DNA of 64,000 nt. Source: Somniosus microcephalus. Lineage: Eukaryota. Below, piece after piece: positions 11,286 through 24,160 of the stretch (position 1 is the first letter of the stretch; every line of letters starts with the position of its first letter). Where the stretch lies: positions 301,258,001 to 301,322,000 of the forward strand of contig CM126205.1 of the NCBI GenBank assembly GCA_052327205.1, given 5' to 3'. The notes under the pieces were generated by a model. The model made no database searches. It was given only the letters and a program-made list of their open reading frames with translations, and had not been told where the DNA came from. Position numbers and translations under genes: made by a program.

Positions 11286-13408
11286 CTTTTTATAGTGTGC
11301 TGCTATCTCCTACAAAGCCCCAATTCGTTGGATTATATCTTACTCAAAACAGTTCATGGCATAAATAAGATGTACATTTACTAAGGTTTATTGCTAGCAG
11401 AATTTAACTTCAACATATTAAGTCCAACAACATAGATTTGGTAAAAACAGTATGCTGGATGTAGATATATCATTGCAAGGCCAGATGCTAAAGTCCGGCT
11501 CAGACTGTGGCTGAAAGAATTATTCTACCACATACAGCAGCCTAAGAGCAACAGGAAAAAAAGAGCTTAACATCCAAATAAATAACAATCCTTTCCCAAT
11601 TACCTCATTTTCTTCAGTAACAAATCTCAATATTCCAGATATTTCACAGCAGGCAGCTGTATTAAAAAGCACCAAGACAACTCTCAGGTGGAAGCTATAA
11701 ATATTGTGCATTAGCAACTCTTAGTTATTTAGAGCTTATATGATGAAAGAGCCAGATTTAAACTTTCAGTTACCATCTTACTATGGGTCCAATTGTACAG
11801 CAACTAGACTGAGATACAATAACGTGTTACAGCCCCTCTCAATCACTAGTACACCACAGACCAGCTCTACAATAATTGGAGTGATTTGAAACAATTTTGA
11901 GCAACTCTGGGTTTAAACGCAGTTCGAAATGGCAAGCAGTTAATGTTAAATAATGTTCTATATGGAGAAATGAATTATTTTGGACTTTTCAATCCAATCT
12001 CCAACTAACATGGTGATATTGGTGAAGATTCCAATGCTCTGAAGGCTGCTTGATGCTTCAGGATATTTGCAAGACTATAAAGTTGTTCGAGATCTTCATT
12101 GTTCGGTTTCATCATTGCTTATTGCTAATGAATAAACACTATCTGGTTCTTCCGCTTCCTCGAATTGTACTTTCTAATTTATTTGACAGAAAATGTGCAC
12201 ATACAGCGGCATCCTGTAATCAGCACTTTTAGTCTTCCAGTCAAGGGAGAGAAAAAAAGTGAGAATAAGCCTCAATTGACAGTAACAAGGCTCAGTCACA
12301 ATAAGATGTTTATCACAGACTGGAGTTATACTGCAGCCAATACAAACTCAAAGTAACGGGTGATTTGACACCCAGGTTCTACTGGCACTTTTGCATGAAA
12401 GTGCACCCAAAACCACCTCACGTCAAAAGTAACAGCTTAACTACATTTGCGGGAGACTGCTTCTGTCATCTTATGGAGACCTTTTTGCTTAGAGAGAGCT
12501 GTGAACACTTGGATCTGACTGGGTGGTAAGAAAATAATAATTAAACTGTATACAGCTATTAACAGTTTGCATAAAATAAATTTGAAAAAGTGACAGTAGG
12601 AGGGAAAGGATAATAAAACTGTGACATTGGTTTGAAAAAATAAATGGGAGAATCTATAGAAGAAAATTAGAACTGTAGAAAGTGTACAGCGCAGTACACT
12701 GTGTGTATAATTAGAAGGACAGGTATTAAAATGTTATTTCTATGTTGTGACTGAAACATGATTCTACCTCTTACTGCACCAAAAAGGGTTTTTATAACAT
12801 GCAAATAAATAATTTCAATCTGTTCCATTTAACTAATTTCCTGTCAAGTTGTTTATTTATTTTTTAAACCTTTTATTAGACTGAGGTATGGATAAGGTAA
12901 TTACTGAAAAATCTAAGATTTGGAAACTTGTCTTCCACCAGCAACAGGAAACTATAAACAGTGCCCAGAGCGAGGCATCCATTTTATTAAGATGATAAAG
13001 GACACTAGTGGGCTCAGTGAGGGGAAAAGGTAAACCAATGTCGTAAGTAAAAAAAAGAATGGTTTGTATGCTAAACTATACAGGCAAGCCACACAACATT
13101 ATTAAAATTATTAAATATTAATTTTACAATAGCATAGTAACTATGATTGACTGCAAGTGTTGACTATTTTTCTTAAGTTTTTGCAGCAAGAGAGCGACCA
13201 TGTGCAGGAAGACACTCAACCTCCATCACATCACTCCTGGCTGCACAGCCAGCCTTTCACCACCTGAGACAGATCACGGCGCATGTTAGACTCACTCATG
13301 CACACCAAGCAATACACAAGTTCAGTGTAAAGCGACTTTAAAAGCTCAACGGGCACGTACTTTGCTTGTATGAAATACCTTATTCATGACAGAGCAGCAA
13401 GTGCCTAG

Positions 13409-13540
13409 NNNNNNNNNNNNNNNNNNNNNNNNNNNNNNNNNNNNNNNNNNNNNNNNNNNNNNNNNNNNNNNNNNNNNNNNNNNNNNNNNNNNNNNNNNNN
13501 NNNNNNNNNNNNNNNNNNNNNNNNNNNNNNNNNNNNNNNN
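13409..13540. other. Assembly gap
   Basis: Run of N. Confidence 1.
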
Positions 13541-13630
13541 TTAAAGTTTGATGAGTTAGCGGCAGAACGCTTCCGAGCTGCTGCAGAAGAGCCGCTTATT
13601 TTGCCGAAATTATTTAAGATGAAGGGAGCA

Positions 13631-13672
<42 letters not shown>

Positions 13673-14187
13673 TGAAAAAAAGGATATAAAATAGGGAATG
13701 GTTGGGATACAGAACTGGAACGATGACACTGGTAAAAGCATCCAGTTTACAAATGGTGCCAGACTGCCACTTGTGAACTGCAATCTGACAGGGGCGATTT
13801 GATATCATAGCTCTGCTTCAGTCTAAATTATTGCATATATAGGACACAACTCCCTGTGTACTCATTTCACAGTTTTTCAAATGAAATTACTTTCATACAG
13901 TATTTCCCAACATACCCCTTATATGAAAGTCAGAGAAAACATTATTAAAATTTATGCAAGGAGGTATTATTATGTTTGATCAACCCACAGATGGCAATGT
14001 ATTCAAATCCTTAATACAGTCAGCAGTAGGTTTAAATGCAAACCTTTATTTTACCCTTTCTCTTTGATGAAAGATTCCAACCCACAGCCATCTCCCATTC
14101 CCCATCCGACATCAGGAAAAAAAACTTTTGAGGTGTGAATTTATCATCTAGCAGCTATTAGATACATTCTCAAAACTGCTGGCCACC

Positions 14188-15800
14188 AAAACACACACAC
14201 AGTAACACACACAGAAAGATACATGCACAAACACACACAAACATACACAGAAACACACGGAAACAAACAAACACACACAAAGACACACATGAACACACAC
14301 ACACAAACACATACACACAAACATATACACACAAACAGAAACAAACACACACACACACAGAAAGACACATATGAACACACACAGAAACACGTACACACAC
14401 ATAGAAACACACAAACACAAAGGAACACATAACACNNNNNNNNNNNNNNNNNNNNNNNNNNNNNNNNNNNNNNNNNNNNNNNNNNNNNNNNNNNNNNNNN
14501 NNNNNNNNNNNNNNNNNNNNNNNNNNNNNNNNNNNNNNNNNNNNNNNNNNNNNNNNNNNNNNNNNNNNNNNNNNNNNNNNNNNNNNNNNNNNNNNNNNNN
14601 NNNNNNNNNNNNNNNNNNNNNNNNNNNNNNNNNNNNNNNNNNNNNNNNNNNNNNNNNNNNNNNNNNNNNNNNNNNNNNNNNNNNNNNNNNNNNNNNNNNN
14701 NNNNNNNNNNNNNNNNNNNNNNNNNNNNNNNNNNNNNNNNNNNNNNNNNNNNCACACGAACACACAATACATACACACACACAAACACACAGGAACACAT
14801 ACACACACACAAACACAGGAATACATACACACACACAAACACACAGGAACACATACACACACACACAAACACACAGGAACACATATACACACAAACACAG
14901 GAACACATACACACACACGAACACACAAGAATACGTACACACACAAACACACAGGAACACATACACACACACAAACACAGGAATACATACACACACACAA
15001 ACACACAGGAACACATACACACACACAGAAACACACAAGAACGCACACACACACACAAACACACAGGAACACATACACACACATGAACACACAAGAATAC
15101 ATACACACACACAAACACACAGGAACACATACACACNNNNNNNNNNNNNNNNNNNNNNNNNNNNNNNNNNNNNNNNNNNNNNNNNNNNNNNNNNNNNNNN
15201 NNNNNNNNNNNNNNNNNNNNNNNNNNNNNNNNNNNNNNNNNNNNNNNNNNNNNNNNNNNNNNNNNNNNNNNNNNNNNNNNNNNNNNNNNNNNNNNNNNNN
15301 NNNNNNNNNNNNNNNNNCNNNNNNNNNNNNNNNNNNNNNNNNNNNNNNNNNNNNNNNNNNNNNNNNNNNNNNNNNNNNNNNNNNNNNNNNNNNNNNNNNN
15401 NNNNNNNNNNNNNNNNNNNNNNNNNNNNNNNNNNNNNNNNNNNNNNNNNNNNNNNNNNNNNNNNNNNNNNNNNCACACNNNNNNNNNNNNNNNNNNNNNN
15501 NNNNNNNNNNNNNNNNNNNNNNNNNNNNNNNNNNNNNNNNNNNNNNNNNNNNNNNNNNNNNNNNNNNNNNNNNNNNNNNNNNNNNNNNNNNNNNNNNNNN
15601 NNNNNNNNNNNNNNNNNNNNNNNNNNNNNNNNNNNNNNNNNNNNNNNNNNNNNNNNNNNNNNNNNNNNNNNNNNNNNNNNNNNNNNNNNNNNNNNNNNNN
15701 NNNNNNNNACACAGAAAGACACACATGAACACAAACACACACAGAAACATACACACACCAACACACAAAAAAGAAAGACACACACAAATACACACATGTG
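14188..15800. repeat. CA-rich cryptic minisatellite with gaps (N at 14436-14752 and 15137-15708)
   Basis: Recurring ACACACAAACACACAGGAACACATAC-type units. Confidence 0.9.
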
Positions 15801-18652
15801 TGTAATGCACAATCACAAAATCTCTGGTCAAATTTGCTGATTAAAGACTACAGACACACGAGTTGTGGCAGACTAACCTTCGACTGAAACACCTGCTAGC
15901 TGCCCAGACTCTGGGAGAGAAAGAAACGGCATGTAAATCAACATTGGGAATGAGATGGCTGACACTGTATATAAAATCAGAGTTTTTTATGTAGAATCTT
16001 CATTTCATCCAGACTCCCTACGCTTGTTCACCAATATATTATCATTTCCAAAGAGGACAACTTTACCAAACAATACCATGTTTGGCTGCTCTCAACTCCC
16101 TGAAGAATTGGCAAAATGGCCCTGCTGCATTCTTCATTTGACAATATGACATTGTGTTAGAAACAATTTTTTTTTAAAGCAGGAGGTGCATTAAAAAAAA
16201 ATCTGCCTGGACGTTGCAGTCTGAAGCTATTGAAAGGCAGCTTACAAAAGCTATTTTGCTTTTGCAAGAAGAGTAAATACTTTTGTTTTAGCCGGGGGTA
16301 TTGGGTGTGGGGGGGGTGGTGATGGGGGAGGCGGTGTGGGAGTCTCCAAGTTAGAACAAAGAGCTGAAGGAAGAGTTGAAAGATAATGGTTCATTATGTT
16401 ATTTGCAACAAAAAAAAAGAGAAAAAGTAAAATCCACTGCCTTTTTGCTTTGGATGTGGTACATATGCTCCGAGGAATGCAAACCACTGGCCACATTGGA
16501 TTTTCTATGTTGCTTTTATTTTCCCTTTTCACTCCAGGATTTAAACAAAGGGAAACAATTTTTACTTCTCAAACAAAGACTTCCCCTGAGCGGACCCCCT
16601 GCCCAGCAGGTCACCTATCTTTGCGACAGTTTTTCTTTTCCCACGCTAACCCCGGGGCTCATTTGCATAAGGACTCTGTTGTGACAATTAGTTTCAGGTG
16701 AGCTGATTTCTATGCATCTGGGCCCAAGACATTGCCGCTACTCCAGGCCTCCCTGATGCCTTTCCTAATTGCGACTGACTGGCACCAGACACAATCGCCC
16801 TCTTGAATCAGCAAATTGTCGTCCCAAGTAACATGTTGCGACCTCGTATTGCGCGAATCATATCAGTGCGCGCAGCGAGGTAAACAAGGAATAATGCGAA
16901 TTCAAAGCCCAACACACTAGCCAGCTGATCCTCCTCTTTCACTTCCTGACTGCTGCAAGTTAAAAAAAAAGCTGTTCTGCTTGGTGCCTGGGCATCTTTC
17001 TGTCACATTTCTGGAGCACTGTCAAGTTCCTGTGTACCGAAATGTATAATTATCATGTATCCGTGAGGGAGTGTGTAATTTTCACCAATGATGAAAGGGA
17101 TCCAAGACCACTAAAGCTGCCCCCGTCTCAGTCCTACAATGAAGTTTTTTTTCTCTCTCCTTTTATTTTTGTGTTGGTTTTGTTTCCCCGCCAGCCCCCC
17201 CCGCCCCACACACGCCCGCACAGACCCACACCTTTTGGCAAGGCAGCTCACACAGATGCCGGAGGTAGCAGCATCGGAACACGAGCGACAAGTCTTCTTT
17301 TAAAAGCGGAGCCATTTGTTGTCATCATTTTTTTTTAAACGCCATCAATCTGCAATTTTTACCACACTCCAGAGTCCTCTCTCACCCCCCCTTCCTTAAA
17401 AAAATATATATATATAGAGAGAGAGAAAATGATGTAATGTCTGCTTGGCTGTGTAAAGCTGATCTGGTCTTCCCCACAAGCCAGCCGAATCCACCTTTAA
17501 TGAATGGGGCCAGATTGAGTCAGCACCAGACATGTTGTCGATGGTTCTCAGGAGCACAGGTACCTACATCATTACAAAGTGGAAACTCCCACCAATTTTG
17601 TTTTTTCAAAAAAAACAGGGACTCCCAGGGACACTTCAAGTGTCGCATTCCCCTAGGTTGCTGCACAAGCCTATGTAGCTGGAGAAGAAAGCTCTGGCCT
17701 TTTGATATTCCTTAACAGAACTCTGCTTCAGCTCCCAAGGTGTTCCGACCCTCAGAACTGCCAGAAAGCGGAGAAAGATTTGACCCGAATCACTGGTGTA
17801 CAATGTAAACCACACGTGTAGACTGAGAAAAGCAAAGAAACAATTGTTATTGTTGATCAGGAAACAACACTTTCTTTATGATGTCACAGTAACTGCTCTC
17901 TCTCTCTCGAAGCGCACGGCCTACTTGTGATGCTGGGAGGAAGCTCAGTCACCCTTAACATGTAATACTTTCCCCACGATTAAAAGGAAAGGCTTTGGCG
18001 CACCTCAAACCAGCTCACCTCTGGAATTCTGCGCGTGTGACCAGAGAATGTATGCCGCAGCGTGTACCCCACTTAGGAAGACACTCGTAAGCTGCCGTTA
18101 ACTGCGCCTCCGTTGAATTATGGGCCCCTTTCTTCCTTGTGCAATGAGCTCCAAAATCCCGTTGTCACCCTCCCTTTTCACCGGGCACTCTGTACGAGGC
18201 ACATGCACAAAATTCACACAAATAATTTTACATTTTGCATCCCAAAGAAACTCCGTTTTCTGGCAAGTAAAAGGAAATTATATTTAAGCTTCTGACTCAG
18301 CATCTTGAATTATAGTCCGCACAGATTCATTGAAACCTTTACCAAAGGTATGCAAAGCAATAAAGTTTTTTCTTATAAAATCTGTTAAGATTTCAGCCCA
18401 CCGTGTCTGCAGGTATTATTGTGTTTAACTCTTTGTGCTGTTCTTTTTTGGTTGCAGTCTTTCAAAGCATTAAGAATTATACTTTGTTGAACTTGCTGTC
18501 AAACCACCCCCAGCACCCCCCCCCCCCCAACTGATCTCTATTAGGATTGGCTTTCTTTCAAATTTGATGATTTCCAAGGTTTAATATTAAATCATTCATG
18601 ATAGGATCAATTTATGATCACAACTGGAATGCTGACTATTACTGTAACTGCT

Positions 18653-19521
18653 GGATAATAGTGCATGGTGTGGGGGCCCCTCAGTGGGATAATAGTGCAT
18701 GGTGTGGGGGCCCCTCAGTGGGATAATAGTACATGGTGTGGGGGCCCCTCAGTGGGATAATAGTACATGGTGTGGGGGCCCCTCAGTGGGATAATAGTAC
18801 ATGGTGTGGGGGCCCCTCAGTGGGATAATAGTGCATGGTGTGGGGGCCCCTCAGTGGGATAATAGTACATGGTGTGGGGGCCCCTCAGTGGGATAATAGT
18901 ACATGGTGTGGGGGCCCCTCAGTGGGATAATAGTGCATGGTGTGGGGGCCCCTCAGTGGGATAATAGTGCATGGTGTGGGGGCCCCTCAGTGGGATAATA
19001 GTGCATGGTGTGGGGGCCCCTCAGTGGGATAATAGTGCATGGTGTGGGGGCCCCTCAGTGGGATAATAGTACATGGTGTGGGGGCCCCTCAGTGGGATAA
19101 TAGTACATGGTGTGGGGGCCCCTCAGTGGGATAATAGTACATGGTGTGGGGGCCCCTCAGTGGGATAATAGTACATGGTGTGGGGGCCCCTCAGTGGGAT
19201 AATAGTACATGGTGTGGGGGCCCCTCAGTGGGATAATAGTGCATGGTGTGGGGGCCCCTCAGTGGGATAATAGTACATGGTGTGGGGGCCCCTCAGTGGG
19301 ATAATAGTACATGGTGTGGGGGCCCCTCAGTGGGATAATAGTGCATGGTGTGGGGGCCCCTCAGTGGGATAATAGTGCATGGTGTGGGGGCCCCTCAGTG
19401 GGATAATAGTGCATGGTGTGGGGGCCCCTCAGTGGGATAATAGTACATGGTGTGGGGGCCCCTCAGTGGGATAATAGTGCATGGTGTGGGGGCCCCTCAG
19501 TGGGATAATAGTACATGGTGT
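18653..19521. repeat. 34-bp minisatellite, 25 full copies plus one partial
   Basis: Unit GGATAATAGT(G/A)CATGGTGTGGGGGCCCCTCAGTG at an exact 34-bp period; only one position varies. Confidence 0.98.
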
Positions 19522-19689
19522 TGAAGGGGAACCTAAGGAGGTGTAAAAATAACCTCAGAAGGTTGTGAAGTAGACATGTAGAAATACAGTAAAATAGTTT
19601 TTATCACTGTTATACTTTTCACCTCCCAAAAAGCTATTTCCTATATTGAGATGGTGAAAATGACGTGTGAAAGCAGACTGGCTGAAGTG

Positions 19690-19810
19690 CAGCAGGCAGT
19701 ACCCATGGTGGAGCAGACCCGAGCCCATAGAAGAGCAAGCAGTACCCATGGTAGAGCAGGCAGTGCCCATAATGGTGCAGACAGTGCCCGTGGTAGAGCA
19801 GGCAGTGCCC
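19690..19810. repeat. Degenerate 21-bp tandem repeat, about 6 copies
   Basis: Unit approximately GAGCAGGCAGTRCCCATGGTR. Confidence 0.85.
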
Positions 19811-21119
19811 AGTTTCAAACGTGTGCTACATTGCTGCAAGGAAGATTACCTTGTGTACAAACTGTGTAAGAGTGGCCATGGAGGTGACAATGTTTTCTAA
19901 ACTGGAGCGACTCAATCTATTCCTGGACTTTCTAACATGTTGCCCCCAACTCTAGGAAAAGCTATCTGGTCTGTCCTGCAGGCATATGAGCTGTAGCTTT
20001 CATGTCAAATATCTGCAAAAATGGTTTGTCACATCCATGTTATTTTTACACTGTTATCTTCAGAAAAAGGCACATCCTTTACAAGGCTACTTCTTTAAAG
20101 GGGCAGCAACAGCACATTAAAGGGATCTTTCAGGCTTGCACGGTTCAAAGAACAGACAGAAACCCCACCCCACCTCCTTCTGCTCAGCAAACTGCAATGG
20201 AGAAATTTTGGACAATGAGGCAACTTTGGACTGTTGCAGAGTGACATCTACTGCGATGTGTCCTCTTTCATTAGAAGGTCCAATAGGTATCACAGCCAAC
20301 AAAAGATAGGTTTGCAGCACCAGACATAACCAGAGGTGCAATGGAAGGCATCACTTTGTATTCTACCATGTATAAACATTAGAAACTGTCTTGCTGTACA
20401 ATTTAAAATACTGACATTGCCCCTTTAAGTTATACAGTTAAATGGCAAGTATGGCTATTTTAAATTGTATGCATCTTTAACTGATGATACTCGCTTAGAT
20501 GTGCCATTACTTTCATGGCTCTTTCATACTGTACTTTTGGCATATTGCTGAGTGATAGTAGGGATGTCACAACTTGGCCTCACCACCAGTGGTTTGGGAG
20601 GGGAAAACTGGCCAGATGTCCCGTTGTGATATCTTGGCTCACCACTCCCCTCCTCTACCGAAGGTGTCCACCGATTGCTAGGATACAGCTGCATAGACAC
20701 GCGTCACCATCATGTACTTCACCTCAACTGTGTGAGGTTTGACTCTGTGTGCCAGCAAGCTATTTGCTCAAGAGGTGGGAGGGGAGGAGGGAGGAAAGTC
20801 AGAGTTGAACACAAACTTATCCTCATCTTATGTCCTCCATCAGAATGTTGCAGGTACCTTGTTTGTATTCTGTGATCTTCTCTTCTAATAACACTAAACG
20901 GAACTGGACAGCCAATTTAAACTAAGCTGTGTCATCAATTTGATATATTCTATATACAGAAATGATCTGCAATTGTTTACATTTTCTTCCACATCTGCGA
21001 AGGATCGCAATTATCAATCTGTGAGCACCATTTTACGATGCCTTGTGACTCCAGAATATTTTTGCCAACATTAGGAAAATTGAGTTTAATTTTTATTTGC
21101 TCACTAATTTGTCTCCACA

Positions 21120-21520
21120 CCCCTCTTGCTTTGAAACAGTCTCATGGGTGTCAGTTTCCATCATGTACCTCACACGTGTGGCCATTAGTCATGTGCGAGC
21201 CTTTGCAGATTGGCAATTTTGACTGCAGGACTAGGGAGGGGTGGGGCTGTGGGGGCGGTTTAGGTGGGAGCGGCGTCACATTTGAACCAGATATTATCCC
21301 CCCCACCCCGCCTATGTCCATACAGGCACATTTCCAGCAGGGATTGCGGATTGCTGGATAACAATCAGGAATTGGATCTCTGGACAATTTCCCCTGTCCC
21401 TAACCTGCAGTGATAAGGCTAGTTGCAGGATCCCCTATTGTCATTCAGCTGAGGACAGCTAACTCAGCACAGACCAGAGATCAAACTTGGGCCTCTCTGT
21501 TCTGTATATTTCATCTACTC
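21120..21520 (-). mobile_element. AmnSINE2-like SINE
   Basis: CAGCTAACTCAGCACAGACCAGAGATCAAACTTGGG is the reverse complement of the family head. Confidence 0.7.
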
Positions 21521-21574
21521 ACTGGACCATCAATGGTGCCCCCAAAAATGTGTTTGCAAATTCCACACATGGTA

Positions 21575-21905
21575 CATCTTTCAGATCAGACATTAAACCG
21601 AGGTCCCATCTACCCTCTCAGGTGGACGTAAAAGATCTCATTGCACTATTTGAAGAAGAGCAGGGAAATTCTCCAATTGTCCTGGCCAATAGTTATCCCT
21701 CAACCAACATCCCGAAAAAACAGATTATCCAGTCATTTATCCCACTGCTGTTTGTGGGGCCTTGCTGTGCACAAATTGGCTGCTGCATTTCTCTACATTA
21801 CAACAATGATTACATAAAAAAAAAAAAATACTTCTTTGGCTGTGAAGCACTTTGGGATGTCCTGAGGTCAGGAAAGGGGCTATATAATTGCAATATCTTT
21901 CTTTC
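21575..21905 (+). mobile_element. DeuSINE (SacSINE1-like), 5'-truncated
   Basis: TTAAACCGAGGTCCCATCTACCCTCTCAGGTGGACGTAAAAGATC..GAAGAAGAGCAGGG core with an L2-like tail. Confidence 0.85.
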
Positions 21906-23504
21906 TTTTATAACTGCATAAATAAAAATATAAATCAACATCACCCAGGAGTGTGCTATAGGCTGCGATCTGGCCTTGAAGTCCAGATGACTTTTATAAA
22001 CTACTCAAGCTTCACTCTCATGGTTAGTCGCATCACTCTTTGACTCTCAATTCTGTAACCCAGGTATGCAATATTCTGTCTTAAGTGGTACAGGAGGCTG
22101 CTTTTCGCTGTAAAGCTATTACTCAGACCACTAAGGTTTCTGAGTCTTATCTACACGGTTAGTAATTTGGTACCCAATGAGTTTTTCAAAATTTAACTCA
22201 CGGCGTTTTCAGTTCAGGACTGAATGATCTTTTGTTTTCAACTGTAACGGCGCAATTAAACAAACTCTCAAGATGGGGAGTCAAGGGGGAAGAGTTGATT
22301 CTGGGTGTGGAGGGAGAGGGGAACAATGGTGCTCGATGTTGTATTGTGACACACAGACGTAGCGTGACAGGACACAGGCGTAACATCTGTTGTGACTTCC
22401 AACAGGTTCATACATTTATCCCACCTCTGACTCCTAAAAGGAACTAATCATGAATTTACATGGCACAAGTCTTAGAAAAGGACAAAAAGATTTCTGCCAC
22501 ATCTCTGCATATTGTGGCATGAAAATCCTCCAACATGTGACATTAATAAAGGTCATGCTGCTCACCACTAGTGTGTGAACATTTATATGTTACATATAAT
22601 TAAGGATGTTATTTTATCAGCAGGTTATGGAGGTCACAAGTCCTGTGAATTTGTACCTGATCTGTGGTTCTTAACCCTTCTGCGTAAAAATTTGCTTTTT
22701 AAAAAAAAATTACATTGTGTGTACAAAATTGACTCGAATAACTGGTCTGATTTTTTTTTGTTTTAAACTCTGAAATGCAGTTGTTTTCTTGCCAAATTGT
22801 GTTACCAATTATTGTGAAAGAGCTGTACAGACTGTGAAATAAACTGACATTTATAGGATAGTTTGTGCTATGTGTGTCTCTCCCCCCTCCCCCAGTTACA
22901 TGGTGCAACAGAGATAAGTCACGGCAAAAGCAACACAGATTTGCTTGTAAATAGGGTCTGTGACAGACCATGGGTTTTGACATTTGGTGCCATTACCGGA
23001 CTGCGATTTCAATTAAAAAAAATAGGCTGTAACGAAACGACATCCTCGTTTATAATAAAAGACAGCCATGTGCAAGGTATAAGGCAGTTACATAATCGGC
23101 GGTTTGAGATCATCTCCTACGTTTGCACAGTTTACAACATCTGGACGGCTCAGATCTTCAAATCGTTTTTTACACAGTCATTCGTTTTTGTTAATTTAAG
23201 TAAAATTGCAGTGATTTATTCATTTACAGAATATATACAACTGCAGTAGTTATGAAAATAATAGTCACAATGAATTCTTCCTTACATTCTGTAGCTATTA
23301 ATGCGATATAAGCAAACACACATTTACCAGTGTGTTGTGATGGAAATAAAAGCTCGTAAGTGACTGAGTGCTACTGCTTCTCGCTGATAGGAGAAGCACA
23401 GGTGTGGCTTTTACCCCTCTGTACTTATTCAGCAGGGCTGGGGCCTCTGCACTGCTTGTTTGTGCCTTGAGGAAGCAGGAGTGCTTGCTAGTAGCTCAGG
23501 GACA

Positions 23505-24160
23505 CCATATTTGCCCTTTCCTCAGCTCATCCACTGCGGAAACCCTCATCCATGCCTTTGTTACCTCTAGACTTGACTATTCCAACGCACTCCTGGCTGG
23601 CCTCCCACATTCCACCCTACGTAAACTTGAGGTGATCCAAAATCAGCTGCCCGTGTCCTAACTCGCACCAAGTCCCGTTCACCCATCACCCCTGTGCTCG
23701 CTGACCTACATTGGCTCCCGGTTAAACAACGCCTCGATTTCAAAATTCTCATCCTTGTTTTCAAATCCCTCCATGGCCTCGCCCCTCCCTATCTCTGTAA
23801 TCTCTTTCAGCCCCACAACCCACCCCCCCCCGAGATATCTGCGCTCCTCTAATTCTGCCCTCTTGAGCATCCCTGATTATAATCACCCAACCATTGATGG
23901 CTGTGCCTTCTGTTGCCTAGGCCCTAAACTCTGGAATTCCCTGCCTAACCCTCTCCGCCTCTCTACCTCTCTTTCCTCCTTTAAGACGCTCCTTAAAACC
24001 TACCTCTTTGACCAAGCTTTTGGTCACCTGCCCTAATTTCTCCTTATGTGGCTCGGTGTCAAATTTTTGTCTTATAATACTCCTGTGAAGTGCCTTGGGA
24101 TGTGTTACTATGTTAAAGGTGCTATATAAATACAAGTTGTTGTTGTTATTGTTGTTGTTA
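23505..24160 (+). mobile_element. L2 LINE 3' end
   Basis: AETLIHAFVTSRLDYSNALLAGLP..PKLWNSLP..SSFKTLLKTYLF motifs and a (TTG)n tail. Confidence 0.95.

Noticed and set aside
15137-15708. Isolated called bases inside N runs
   Set aside because: Technical masking of low-confidence sequence, not biology.
14144-15840. ORFs of 240-554 aa on both strands
   Set aside because: Artefacts of CA/TG low-complexity sequence and N runs; no real coding signal.
18653-19521. CRISPR-like array (34-bp repeats with an internal palindrome)
   Set aside because: Units are head-to-tail with no spacers, there are no cas genes, and the context is vertebrate.
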